This document shows positions 40,191 to 50,746 of a stretch of DNA of 64,000 nucleotides, piece after piece. The stretch is from Chitinophagales bacterium (GTDB taxonomy: Bacteria > Bacteroidota > Bacteroidia > Chitinophagales > JADIYW01). A model generated the notes under the pieces. That model saw only the letters and a program-made list of their open reading frames with translations. It did no database searches and was not told the origin of the DNA. The DNA is taken from positions 301,125-365,124 of the forward strand of contig CBDCGV010000011.1 of the NCBI GenBank assembly GCA_965216955.1, in the 5' to 3' direction. How positions within the stretch are numbered: the first letter of the stretch is position 1; each line of letters opens with the position of its first letter. The position numbers and the translations under genes are program-made.

Positions 40191-40916
40191 TCAAGACTTT
40201 GACTTTTTCTTCCCAAATCTGAAAATAGCATAAACACTAATTTCAGTTGTATGTGCATTTTCTCCTCCACTAAGAACTGGTGTTCCAGAAAAGGAAATAT
40301 CAAAGTCGTCGTTTGTAATATCAACTAATCCTTTACTTAGTCGTCCACCGACTCCAATTCCTTTTTTTGATACAAATTCTACACCAAAATGAACCCCTGC
40401 ATCAAACCTCTTAAAAAAACTATCTCCTTCTAAATCTTCCAATCTCTCATCGAACAAATTGTCTTCATTCTCAGCGACTACTACTCCTACACTATTATAG
40501 ATCTTAAAGTTTAACTTTCCCCCCATAGCATAGGCCCCATATCCGCCAAAATGAAAATTGAAAACATCTTTAATATAGAATTTAAGAGAAATAGGAACAC
40601 TTAAATAATGAAAATATGTTTGCAACTCAGAACGACCTAAAACTCCAAAGGTAGATTCCGTCTTAGTGCCTCTTAAATCGTATAAAACTTCCAAATCAAA
40701 AGCGAAAGATTTTTCTGTGGCTTTCTCAAAAGAAAAACCAGCAGTTCCTCCATATCTAAATCTGTTTTTTTGATCTGCAATGGACTCATCTCCTACTCCA
40801 ATGGTAGAAATGGCCATTCCCCCTTTTAAACCAAACCCTCCTTTGCCTCCTGCAAACAAATTAGAAGAGGACAATAATATGATAAGGGTCAGAATATGTA
40901 CGCCTGATTTTTTCAT
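40191..40916 (-). CDS. Outer-membrane beta-barrel protein (PorT / OMP_b-brl_2 family)
   Basis: Signal peptide from MKKSG, FGLKGG, YLSVPISLKFY, RFDAG. Confidence 0.8.
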   Translation of the reverse strand: MKKSGVHILTLIILLSSSNLFAGGKGGFGLKGGMAISTIGVGDESIADQKNRFRYGGTAGFSFEKATEKSFAFDLEVLYDLRGTKTESTFGVLGRSELQTYFHYLSVPISLKFYIKDVFNFHFGGYGAYAMGGKLNFKIYNSVGVVVAENEDNLFDERLEDLEGDSFFKRFDAGVHFGVEFVSKKGIGVGGRLSKGLVDITNDDFDISFSGTPVLSGGENAHTTEISVYAIFRFGKKKSKS

Positions 40917-41077
40917 AATTAAATTTTTATTTTCTATAAAGATCAAATATCGTGTTAAAGGTAAGCGATAGATCTCATCATAGTAACAAAACTTGTAAAC
41001 AGTTGGTAGTAAACGAGGTTCCTGTAAATTTTATTATATGTGTGTTTATTAAAACCTACTTCAATAAAACAGTTTGC

Positions 41078-44000
41078 TTATTCTATATTTAATCTAATTC
41101 CTTTAGAATGGCTTGCAAACTCAGGGGCATACATACATTGAATGCTCGTAATACCGTTAGAAAAATTCCCAGAGTGCGTCACGCGCAAAGGATACTCAAA
41201 CACATATACTCCCTTAGGTAAATAGTCAAAAAAGAAATGTGTGGCGGCATCTCGAGTCGATTCATAATATCCAAGTCCATCTTGCCATTTGTAACTAGAC
41301 AATACATTTATTGGTTCTAGCCCTGAAGCCCTCATATCCTTCATATGCACAAACTCCATATTCCTATCCGATTTAAGAATTACTCTTATTTTCAACAAAT
41401 CCCCTGGTTCAATTTTATCACTTTCTCCAATTCGAACTAACTTTTTCCCCTCTGAAGTATTGATTTCTTTATACACTTCTTTAGTTGAGTTTAAAGGCGT
41501 TTGATGCGATGTAATTTTATCTAAATCTTCAAAATACTGCCAGTACATGGCTCCCCAAGCAGGACCCTTATTAGGGTTTGAAAGACTTATATTCGCTTTT
41601 GGCTTGTCAATTTCTCTTCCGTTCCATTTTATCTTAAAATGTCCTGTTCCGGCCTCAATGTTTGAATCAAAATCAATTGGATTTACAGTCTTTTTGTCAA
41701 TTTTTACTTCTATTGATTGATTGTCTTCTATCCAATTACTTCCCCCTAATAAAAGAGCATAACATGCATCTGCTGTCGCTTTAGTTGTCGTCCATCGTTG
41801 AACCTGTTTTTGTTTCAACAGCCAAAGTTTCAAATTGTCGACGTCTTTTGCTCTTCCTCCAATTTCTTCGAATGCTTCTATCAATAGTGCCTGTGTTTCA
41901 ATGGGGGCATTATACCAATAATACCCTCCCTGCTCTACTTCTTTCCAATACATCCCTCGTTCTTCATGGGAAATAGCATTTTCCTTTAATGCTGTTATTA
42001 TTTTAGAAGGAATCTCTTTTTCATTGTACCGCCCTAAAGCAATACTAATCATACCTTGCATGTAATAACTTTTGTTTAACCAATGCTCTTTTGATTGTTC
42101 TAAAAAATAATCGAAAGCAATTTGTTGTTGCCTATTTAAATCAATATGGTTGAAAAAAGACCGCGCATATAAATACTGAATTTGTGTACTTCCTAAATTG
42201 TCCGTTGTTAAATACTTCTTATTGTGTTTTTTGATTTCCTGATAGTCTTCCAGAATTCTTTGGTCTAAATATTTGATAGCCTTATTTAAAACTTGTGTTG
42301 ATCTTTCATTTTTTTCAAAGGGTGCTACCTTCAACTGCTTCAAATGTCCAAAACCAGATACAATATATTGTGTTATATATCGATTGTCTCTCATCCCTGG
42401 AAACCAAGAAAATCCACCATTGGGTGTTTGTATATTAAACAACTTATCTAAAGATTGTTTTTGTTCGTATGCCATCTTATTAAGGTCAAACAAAAGAGCT
42501 ATTCTTTTCTTTTGCTCAGATTCATTTTGTGCCTCCCTTAACCAAGGCGTTTCTTCAATCAACAGCATTTTAAGCTCTTGATTTTTTTCCAAGTTGCTTA
42601 ATAGTGCTTTACTATCTGGAGCATTTTTCCATTGATCAAAAACAGCTTTAATTCTCGAGTTGCTATTGGCAATATAAGAAGCCAGTGTATTGGCATAATA
42701 TCTATTAAAAGTTTGTTCGGCACACTCATAGGGGTATTCCATTAAATAAGGCAATGCTTGTACCGCATACCATATTGGATTAGAAGAAATTTCTAATGTG
42801 AGTTGATGATGTTTAAGTGTTTTAGAACTATAATTTGCTAATTTCTCAAAAGTATAGTCTTTGTTTTCTCCACCCAAAACATTTAATGGCAATGTTTCGG
42901 TTACCAACATTCTATTACTTAAAACAGGCAGTGTATTGGTTTCTCCATCCGTAAAACCTCCTGCGTTTGCAATGATTTCGTATTTAATTGCTTGAATATT
43001 ATACGGCACTTTGACTTCCCATTGCGCTAAAGTATTTTGCTCCGGATCCACACTAAAGGCAACATTATTACCATTGCTTAATAATTGGGTGGTTATCTCC
43101 TTGCCGCTTAAAACATCGTACAATTTTATTGTTGATGTCCCTTCTAGTTTTTTATTTGAAAGATTAATGATTTTAGTTGTCAAAACAATATTGTCTTTTT
43201 CTCTTAAAAACCTTGGCACATTGGGAATAACCATCAACTCTTTTTGTGTAACAACCTCTTTAGAGAATATTTTATGATTCAACTCTTTAGTATGTGCAAA
43301 GCCTAAAAACTTCCATTTTGTCAATGCTTCAGGCATTTTAAAGGAAAATATAGTATTGCCTTCCTTATCGGTTTTTAAATCTGGAAAGAAAAAAGCCGTT
43401 TCATCAAAATTAGACCTAGGAACAAGAGACCCTTCTTCCTTCTTAACTTCCTTTTCTGCTTTTTTTACATCTCTAGTAGCTTCTTCTTTATTTTCAGTAG
43501 CAGATTCATCAGCATCTGCAAACCCAGCAGCCTCAGCTTCAACCATTTCCATTGGTGCGGCAGCAGCATCCATTAGTGCAATATTTTCAGCCCTGCCATT
43601 GCTCGCTCTTGATTTAAAGGCAAAATTTCTAATGCCATAATCCGCCATATAAAATCCAAAAAAGTTTAAGCTGTGATAACTGTTTTGAATATATGATTTA
43701 TACTCATGCCAATCGATACTATAAAGCCTTCCATTGGACCGCCCAAATCCAACATTATTCCATGATTGCAATGAGCTTATGTGCTTTTTGGGAAGATGGA
43801 AGTAAAATTGGTTACTTGCAAATGCATCTAACGAAGCATCATACATTGTCGCTAACAACTCTGCAGATATTTTTTCACCATAAGGTCCTGTAATTTTTAG
43901 CTGCCATTCTTCTTTTTGTCCAGGCAGCAATTTATCTCTAAATGAAAGCCATTCTACATTTAGCTCTTTTTTAATTGATGGAATCGTAACTTTCGAATGC

Positions 44001-47000
44001 TTAGAAAATTGCCTGTTATACTTTATTAGAAAAGCTTTCACCTCAATATTCTCTCTCAACGTATTATTAATTTCTGCACTAATTGTTTGAAAAGAATTGT
44101 TTAAAGCAATAATTTCTCTCTTTAATATGTTTCCATCATTACTCACTTCAACAATTGCTTTTGCATTATTGAAAGAGGATCCAACAACAATATTTAAAAT
44201 TTCCCCTTTATTTATTTCTTCCGGTGTTTTTACTATTAAAGGTGTTATTGAAATAGGGTGTTGATCATTAGTAGATGTAAAAGTTATTACCTTCTTAAAA
44301 AGGACTAGCTGGCCCTTTTTATCTTTGGCTTTAATTTCAATTAAATACTTTCCTGAATTAGAAAAATTCGTTGGGCTTAAGGCCATCTCTTTTTTCTTAA
44401 GTGTATTGAAGCTTTTAGAAAAGACTGCTTTTTTCTTTGGCCACTCTAAGGGGTTCTCTTCTTCTTTAAACATCGAATTAGGGAAAAGCTTATCATGGTC
44501 GTTTTTATTTAGCGTATAAAATTCTGGTGTCTCCCAATATCTTTTTTTCTTAAAAATCTTTGGCCCCTCTAATTCATAAATTTTTACCTCTACCTCTGCA
44601 GCTTCAAACTCACCATTCAGATTGGTAGTGCTAATATTGATTTGATGGTTTTTATCTCTATCCAAATATTCTTTCACATCACAATTCAATAAAAGACTTA
44701 TGTATCCAATCTTAACCGTTGCTGAATTGCTTCTTGTTTCTCCAGAAATATCCGTTACATCTGCAATCACTTCATAGGTAAAATAGGCTTGCTGATCTTG
44801 ACTAATAGCTTTGTCCGGAATTGCTTTAAAATCAATTTCAAAATTGCCTTGCTCATCTGTTTCTGTTTCTCCAAAAGTAATTTCTTTAGAATTGCTATAT
44901 GGTAAAGAAGGGCGTCTCCAATAATGAAAGTAGTAAGGTCTTATTACATTTCTAACTACTTTATAACTAACTTTCGCATTACTTAAGTTGGCTCCAGAAT
45001 ATGTTTTAGTGTTTCCCTTTACAGTAACAACATCTTCTAAATTGTAAGACTTAGTTATAGGAAGAAAGGCAACTTCGAAAGAAGGACGCTTATACTCTTC
45101 AATTCTTATTGATTTTTGTCCCTGTTCATTTCTTATTGTAAAGTTCCCCATCAATGTATTGGATGGAGCGGTAAAACTTCCTGAAAAAGTGCCATATTCA
45201 TTAGTTGTCAAAGAGAGTTTACTAACCTCTTTATAATTCACATCTCGCAAAACAACAGTTGTCTTTTTATCTGATAAAATGCGATTTTCCCCGTCAAAAC
45301 TCTCAACAATTAAACCTTTAAAATAGATTGTTTGGCCTGGCCTATATATAGCCCTATCCGTAAAGAAATGTGTTGAGACATTTTTCTTAGGTGTTCGTTC
45401 TCGAAAGTTATGGATATAAAAACTATGCTCTAATCCAAGAAAGTCTTCCTTATGTTTTATTTCTAATTGAAAATTCTGGCTTTGATCTACTCCGGTGATT
45501 TTCGCGTATCCTTTTTCATTCGTTGTAAATGATTTTCCTTTTACATAATTATATTTTCTGCTTTTATAATCGTAGACACGTCTATATGTTTGTATATGTG
45601 CATCAGCCATTGGGAGACCTTCTTTCCTGCCCATAACTTGGACTTCAAGTTGCCCATTTTTTTTACGGGTAGTATAACCAATGTTAGAAAGCCAAACCAC
45701 ATTTAATGCCACCGCAGAATTTTGAATAGAAAAATCAGCATTTGGTGAAAATAGCAGTGCATAATATCCTTTTCCTAGTTTTTCTATATCTATTTCTATC
45801 GTATGGTTATTATAGTCATTCGAACTAGGAAGTTTTACCTGCCAACTTCTAGCTGAACCTCTTCTATTGAGTGCTCTTATTATTTCTTCTTGTTTTTTTG
45901 AAAACAATAATTTGTCATCATTATAATTAAGGGGAACCACCTTACAATATATTTTATCAATATTTGTATATGACACCAATGCTTTAAAAGGTTGATTAGG
46001 AATTTCAACCTGCTCTGTAGTAACATTCAATGCTTGTTGTAGTAACTGTTGCTTTAAAACAGCGCAATTTTTTGCACCCACTGTTTGAGGATATTTATCT
46101 ATCGTTTCATTACATAATTCAACTACTCTTTTTTTTATTGAAAGGTCTTCATTGCTTTGATTAGAATTGTTTAACGCTTTCGCTAAATCAAAATTTACTT
46201 CTGCTGTAGCAGGATTTTCTTCCAAGGAGTTAGCTAAAGTCTCTAAAGACTTAATATATAATTCATTCTTATTTGACGCTTTAAAATGATTTTTAACAAA
46301 TTTCAATCTGCTTAAATCAACATCTACAAAAGCTGCTTTGTTATTTTGCTTACTTCTAAACTTCAATAGCTCTTGATACAATTTTGTTGCAAGGAAATCA
46401 TTGGTAATGCTTTCAGGCTCTTGAATAGACAAGTTTGAAAATTCTACTGCTTCCGAAAAATAACGATCATCATTTAGTTCAAATACAGAGATGGCTTCCG
46501 ACAAACCGCTTTCAGTATTGGAAAAAAAGCTTAGTGCTTCATGTGCTAATAGATCATAGAGTGTTGGTCTTAGGTTTTTTGAAGCTTCTGATAAATTATT
46601 CAAAATCTCACTATAGGCATCTATGGATGTTTTTTGCAACAATTCTGCCTCTTTTAAAGAAGCCATATATTGATTGGCAATTTCTGTGAACAGTGTTTTG
46701 GGGTCCCAGGTCCTGAAATCTTCATTTTTATCATTAGTTGTATGTGTTCTTTCTAAAAACTTATATCTATGATTTTGGTAATACATCCAATAAGACCGTG
46801 CAAGTATAGATTGTAATATTGCTTTTTCGATACCTATACTCCTATTAATTTCACCTTTGAGCTCTTGAACAAATTTCAATTCTGAATTTTCCTGAATCGT
46901 CATTGAGTATTTACCCTTAAACAACATTGCTTTTGCAATTTGAGGTGTATTTGATTCTCTTTTTGCAATAGAAAAGATCTGTTCAACCTCTTCCAAAGCA

Positions 47001-47161
47001 GATTTTGTTTTACCTTCTTTTTCAAGAACAGAAACTTTTTCCCATAGATTTGCATAATTATTAAAATCCATTTGTTCTGTCTTTTTTCTTTGCATTGCCT
47101 GTGTACATACAAATGCAAAACACAAGATTGCTAAAATGAGAGATGTTTGCTTTTTTAACAT
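41078..47161 (-). CDS. Bacterial alpha-2-macroglobulin family protein
   Basis: FTDRAIYRPGQ (MG2), IEEYKRP, RSNFDETAFFFP, thioester motif YPYECAEQ, MYAPEF; 2027 aa. Confidence 0.94.
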   Translation of the reverse strand: MLKKQTSLILAILCFAFVCTQAMQRKKTEQMDFNNYANLWEKVSVLEKEGKTKSALEEVEQIFSIAKRESNTPQIAKAMLFKGKYSMTIQENSELKFVQELKGEINRSIGIEKAILQSILARSYWMYYQNHRYKFLERTHTTNDKNEDFRTWDPKTLFTEIANQYMASLKEAELLQKTSIDAYSEILNNLSEASKNLRPTLYDLLAHEALSFFSNTESGLSEAISVFELNDDRYFSEAVEFSNLSIQEPESITNDFLATKLYQELLKFRSKQNNKAAFVDVDLSRLKFVKNHFKASNKNELYIKSLETLANSLEENPATAEVNFDLAKALNNSNQSNEDLSIKKRVVELCNETIDKYPQTVGAKNCAVLKQQLLQQALNVTTEQVEIPNQPFKALVSYTNIDKIYCKVVPLNYNDDKLLFSKKQEEIIRALNRRGSARSWQVKLPSSNDYNNHTIEIDIEKLGKGYYALLFSPNADFSIQNSAVALNVVWLSNIGYTTRKKNGQLEVQVMGRKEGLPMADAHIQTYRRVYDYKSRKYNYVKGKSFTTNEKGYAKITGVDQSQNFQLEIKHKEDFLGLEHSFYIHNFRERTPKKNVSTHFFTDRAIYRPGQTIYFKGLIVESFDGENRILSDKKTTVVLRDVNYKEVSKLSLTTNEYGTFSGSFTAPSNTLMGNFTIRNEQGQKSIRIEEYKRPSFEVAFLPITKSYNLEDVVTVKGNTKTYSGANLSNAKVSYKVVRNVIRPYYFHYWRRPSLPYSNSKEITFGETETDEQGNFEIDFKAIPDKAISQDQQAYFTYEVIADVTDISGETRSNSATVKIGYISLLLNCDVKEYLDRDKNHQINISTTNLNGEFEAAEVEVKIYELEGPKIFKKKRYWETPEFYTLNKNDHDKLFPNSMFKEEENPLEWPKKKAVFSKSFNTLKKKEMALSPTNFSNSGKYLIEIKAKDKKGQLVLFKKVITFTSTNDQHPISITPLIVKTPEEINKGEILNIVVGSSFNNAKAIVEVSNDGNILKREIIALNNSFQTISAEINNTLRENIEVKAFLIKYNRQFSKHSKVTIPSIKKELNVEWLSFRDKLLPGQKEEWQLKITGPYGEKISAELLATMYDASLDAFASNQFYFHLPKKHISSLQSWNNVGFGRSNGRLYSIDWHEYKSYIQNSYHSLNFFGFYMADYGIRNFAFKSRASNGRAENIALMDAAAAPMEMVEAEAAGFADADESATENKEEATRDVKKAEKEVKKEEGSLVPRSNFDETAFFFPDLKTDKEGNTIFSFKMPEALTKWKFLGFAHTKELNHKIFSKEVVTQKELMVIPNVPRFLREKDNIVLTTKIINLSNKKLEGTSTIKLYDVLSGKEITTQLLSNGNNVAFSVDPEQNTLAQWEVKVPYNIQAIKYEIIANAGGFTDGETNTLPVLSNRMLVTETLPLNVLGGENKDYTFEKLANYSSKTLKHHQLTLEISSNPIWYAVQALPYLMEYPYECAEQTFNRYYANTLASYIANSNSRIKAVFDQWKNAPDSKALLSNLEKNQELKMLLIEETPWLREAQNESEQKKRIALLFDLNKMAYEQKQSLDKLFNIQTPNGGFSWFPGMRDNRYITQYIVSGFGHLKQLKVAPFEKNERSTQVLNKAIKYLDQRILEDYQEIKKHNKKYLTTDNLGSTQIQYLYARSFFNHIDLNRQQQIAFDYFLEQSKEHWLNKSYYMQGMISIALGRYNEKEIPSKIITALKENAISHEERGMYWKEVEQGGYYWYNAPIETQALLIEAFEEIGGRAKDVDNLKLWLLKQKQVQRWTTTKATADACYALLLGGSNWIEDNQSIEVKIDKKTVNPIDFDSNIEAGTGHFKIKWNGREIDKPKANISLSNPNKGPAWGAMYWQYFEDLDKITSHQTPLNSTKEVYKEINTSEGKKLVRIGESDKIEPGDLLKIRVILKSDRNMEFVHMKDMRASGLEPINVLSSYKWQDGLGYYESTRDAATHFFFDYLPKGVYVFEYPLRVTHSGNFSNGITSIQCMYAPEFASHSKGIRLNIE

Positions 47162-47216
47162 AGTTATCGTCTTTCAAAATATTTAGATGCAAATTCACAA
47201 TAAGATGGTGCCTAAG

Positions 47217-48197
47217 TTATTTTTTTAAAAATGACTCCACTCTTTGTTTTACATTTTTTCTGATGTTAAGATAAAAGAGGTGGAAATCGAAAATATGGTA
47301 GCTTTTTCCTGCCAAATGCTCATATCCCATTTTTTTAGGTTTTGTTATCCATAAAACCCCATCGTTACATTGGCACCCGATAAGATTTTTATCTACTCTA
47401 TTAAAGTTCCTAGGAACAGCCCCTTCATGACTTGTATACCCAACAAATTCTTCATCATTCTTCCAACTTAAAGGATTTACACAAACACTATTTTCATAGT
47501 ATTTTGGTTGAGCCTCCCAACCGAAAGTATTGTAAGAGATAATACATCCAGTCTGAGTTGCTGAATCACATACAGGAATAGCAATATATGTCCTTTCTTC
47601 AACAACATACCCAACAAGATATGCTGCTATTAATTGTTTCATTAAAGGTTTAGCATCAAAAAACTCCTTTAGCAGCCGCTTAGCATGCATACTTCCCTGA
47701 CTATGCCCCGCAATTATAATTGGCCTACCTTCATTATAATGCTTCAAATAATATTCAAAGGCATTTTTAACATCACTATAAGCAATATTAAAGGCTTCAT
47801 TAGACCTGTCTTCCTTTTTTCTAAAAAAATTGTGTAACGCTGCTTGCCTATACCTTGGGGCATAAACTTTAGCACTTCCATTAAAAACAGTAGCCTGAGA
47901 CTTGATTGCTGTTTTATCTGTAAATCGATTTAATGCTTTGTTTTTTATCTCTGCATTTCCAATTTTGTAGAAGGTTGTAGGATGAATATAAAAAACATCT
48001 GCATTAGATTCTTTTTGATTATCACTTAAACCAACATTTTCAGGAACCTGATCAGCCGCATCCAACATATTTGGCAATGCCGCCCAGTTTTCACTTAAAT
48101 CATAATTAGGAGCATCAGGAATGGAAGCGCCTAAAAAAATGATCAATAAAAAGGTGATCAAAATGCTATTTTTAAAATAATTCACTGTTCTAAACAA
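47217..48197 (-). CDS. DUF3089 alpha/beta hydrolase
   Basis: NWAALP, DVFYIHPT, YAPRYRQA, GHSQG nucleophile elbow, CVNPLSW, YHIFD. Confidence 0.88.
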   Translation of the reverse strand: MFRTVNYFKNSILITFLLIIFLGASIPDAPNYDLSENWAALPNMLDAADQVPENVGLSDNQKESNADVFYIHPTTFYKIGNAEIKNKALNRFTDKTAIKSQATVFNGSAKVYAPRYRQAALHNFFRKKEDRSNEAFNIAYSDVKNAFEYYLKHYNEGRPIIIAGHSQGSMHAKRLLKEFFDAKPLMKQLIAAYLVGYVVEERTYIAIPVCDSATQTGCIISYNTFGWEAQPKYYENSVCVNPLSWKNDEEFVGYTSHEGAVPRNFNRVDKNLIGCQCNDGVLWITKPKKMGYEHLAGKSYHIFDFHLFYLNIRKNVKQRVESFLKK

Positions 48198-48278
48198 TAT
48201 ACCACATTCAATAAGAATGCCATAATACAGTTTATATTGTAAATCTTTTCACAACTTTGCAACAAATCATAATCAATC

Positions 48279-49331
48279 ATGGCTTCAAATAATGAGCAAC
48301 GTACAGAAATAAGCAGTATAGGAGAGTTTGGTCTTATTGACAGAGTAACAGGGGCATTTGAAAATAGAAATGCTTCCACTTTCAAAGGGATAGGAGATGA
48401 TGCCGCAATAATAATTGAAAATGGAACGTATAAAGTTCTCACCACAGACCTCTTAGTTGAAGGTATTCATTTTAGTTTAGTATATACCCCACTTATGCAT
48501 CTTGGTTATAAAGCAGTCGTTGTAAATTTATCTGATATATATGCGATGAATGCCATGCCCGAACAAATTTTAGTTTCTATTGCTCTATCCAATCGTTTTT
48601 CTGTAGAGGCAGTAGAAGAAATTTTTAAAGGCATTAAAAAAGCATGTGATTTTTATAATGTTGATTTAATTGGTGGAGACACAACTGCTTCTAACAAAGG
48701 ATTAATTATAAATATCACAGCTGTTGGAACTATAAAAAAAGAAACAGATATTGCTTTTAGAAATGGCGCTAAAGAAGGAGATATCCTTTGTGTTTCTGGA
48801 GATTTAGGCGGAGCGTACATGGGCTTGCAATTGCTTGAAAGAGAAAAGAAAATTTACATTGAAAATCCTGAAATTCAGGTAGACTTGGAAAATCAAAAAT
48901 ATATTTTAGAAAGACAATTAAAACCGGAGGCAAGGAGAGACATTTATAACGTGTTTAAAGAAAAAGAAGTTATTCCAACTTCGATGATTGATATTTCCGA
49001 TGGTCTTTCTTCTGAAATACTCCACATTTGCAAACAATCAAATGTGGGATGTTTGATAGAAGAGGCTCAGCTGCCAATTGCAAAAGAAACATATGACATG
49101 GCACTTAATTTTAATCTTGGTCCAACTACCTGTGCTTTGAGCGGTGGGGAAGATTATGAGTTGCTTTTTACGATTGATCCTAAAGACATTGATAAAATCA
49201 GTAAACATTCAGATATTACCATTATTGGTGAAATGCTGCCTGCGGAAATGGGTGTTAAGCTTAAAACAAAAGGAGGCAACTTGCATGATATTATCAGTTT
49301 GGGATGGGATAGCTTAAAAGAAGAAACTTAG
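48279..49331 (+). CDS. thiL: Thiamine-monophosphate kinase
   Basis: GEFGLI, GIGDDAA, NLSDIYAM, GGDT, DISDGL, GGEDYEL. Confidence 0.96.
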   Translation: MASNNEQRTEISSIGEFGLIDRVTGAFENRNASTFKGIGDDAAIIIENGTYKVLTTDLLVEGIHFSLVYTPLMHLGYKAVVVNLSDIYAMNAMPEQILVSIALSNRFSVEAVEEIFKGIKKACDFYNVDLIGGDTTASNKGLIINITAVGTIKKETDIAFRNGAKEGDILCVSGDLGGAYMGLQLLEREKKIYIENPEIQVDLENQKYILERQLKPEARRDIYNVFKEKEVIPTSMIDISDGLSSEILHICKQSNVGCLIEEAQLPIAKETYDMALNFNLGPTTCALSGGEDYELLFTIDPKDIDKISKHSDITIIGEMLPAEMGVKLKTKGGNLHDIISLGWDSLKEET

Positions 49332-49392
49332 TAAATTTAAAACGTTTACCATTTATTAAACTTCTTCTTTTTTTTCAAAAAGGGTAAAAAAC

Positions 49393-49400
49393 TACCTTTG
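49393..49400 (+). promoter_or_regulatory. -7 promoter element for nhaD
   Basis: TACCTTTG 26 nt upstream of the ATG. Confidence 0.6.
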
Positions 49401-49426
49401 GCTCAATTCACCAAAATCGATTACTG

Positions 49427-50692
49427 ATGAGTGTTGAGGTTTTATTAATTGGAATATTTATTATTGGATACCTCCTAATCGTATTTGAACATAACTTTCG
49501 AATTGACAAAGCTGGTCCAGCACTTCTTACAGGGATTTTAATGTGGACAGCCCATATCATCACTGCTGAAGATTATCATGTAGTAAATCATCATTTTCTA
49601 AAACATCTTGCCGACATTTCTAGTATTTTATTTTTCCTTCTTGGAGCAATGACCATAGTAGAAATTATCGATATGCATGATGGTTTTCACACCATTATTA
49701 ATCGAATAAAAGAATCAAATAAGAGAAAGCTTTTATGGATTGTTTGCATTCTAACCTTCTTTTTATCTGCTATTTTGGATAATTTGACCACAACCATTGT
49801 AATGGTTTCTTTGCTTAATAAAATGATAGACTCTAAAAAAGACCGTTTACTTTTTGTTGGAATGATCGTTATTTCTGCAAATGCTGGTGGGGCTTGGAGC
49901 CCAATTGGAGACATTACAACAACCATGTTATGGATTGGAGGACAGATTACCGTTCTACCAACAATTAAAGCCGTCTTTCTACCAAGTTTAGTTTGCATGA
50001 TTATACCATTAATAATTACTTCTTTTGCGCTTAGTGGTCACTTTGAAAGAGTAACTGTTAAAACAAAATACAAGACTACTAGACAAGAAAGAGGTCTTAT
50101 TCTTTTTACTGGAATAGGCTTATTACTATTTGTGCCCGTTTTTAAAACGATTACACATCTCCCCCCTTTTATGGGAATGTTTTTTGGAGTAGGGGTGCTT
50201 TGGCTAATGACTGACTTTTTACATGTAAAAAAGGGTATAGAAGAAAAATCTGAATATTCTGTATTAAAAGCACTATCCAAAATTGATTCAACAAGTATTT
50301 TGTTTTTCTTTGGAATTCTAGCCGCAATTACCGCTTTAGAATCTTATGGAACTTTAGAAAAGTTAGCTGAGGCATTAAACCACAGTATTGGAAATTTGAA
50401 TATCATTGTCATAATTATAGGCATCTTGTCGGCAATTGTAGATAATGTTCCATTGGTTGCTGCGGCAATGGGTATGTATGGTTTAGAGCAATACCCAACA
50501 GATAGTACATTATGGCAATTTATTGCTTATTGTGCCGGTACGGGAGGTAGTATTTTAATTATAGGGTCTGCCGCAGGGGTGGCAGCGATGGGTTTAGAAC
50601 GTATCAATTTTATTTGGTACCTAAAAAGAATCGGTCCATTAGCATTATTAGGGTACTTAGCAGGGGCAGGAGTTTATCTTCTCTTGAATTAA
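49427..50692 (+). CDS. nhaD: Na+/H+ antiporter, NhaD family
   Basis: LDNLTT, ANAGGAWSPIGDITT, VDNVP, GTGGSILIIGSAAG. Confidence 0.9.
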   Translation: MSVEVLLIGIFIIGYLLIVFEHNFRIDKAGPALLTGILMWTAHIITAEDYHVVNHHFLKHLADISSILFFLLGAMTIVEIIDMHDGFHTIINRIKESNKRKLLWIVCILTFFLSAILDNLTTTIVMVSLLNKMIDSKKDRLLFVGMIVISANAGGAWSPIGDITTTMLWIGGQITVLPTIKAVFLPSLVCMIIPLIITSFALSGHFERVTVKTKYKTTRQERGLILFTGIGLLLFVPVFKTITHLPPFMGMFFGVGVLWLMTDFLHVKKGIEEKSEYSVLKALSKIDSTSILFFFGILAAITALESYGTLEKLAEALNHSIGNLNIIVIIIGILSAIVDNVPLVAAAMGMYGLEQYPTDSTLWQFIAYCAGTGGSILIIGSAAGVAAMGLERINFIWYLKRIGPLALLGYLAGAGVYLLLN

Positions 50693-50725
50693 TCTATTTT
50701 CCATAAAATGTATTCTCGAAACTAT

Positions 50726-50733
50726 TACTTTTG
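50726..50733 (+). promoter_or_regulatory. -7 promoter element for the DUF1015 operon
   Basis: TACTTTTG 13 nt upstream of the ATG. Confidence 0.6.
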
Positions 50734-50746
50734 CTAAAAATTAGTA

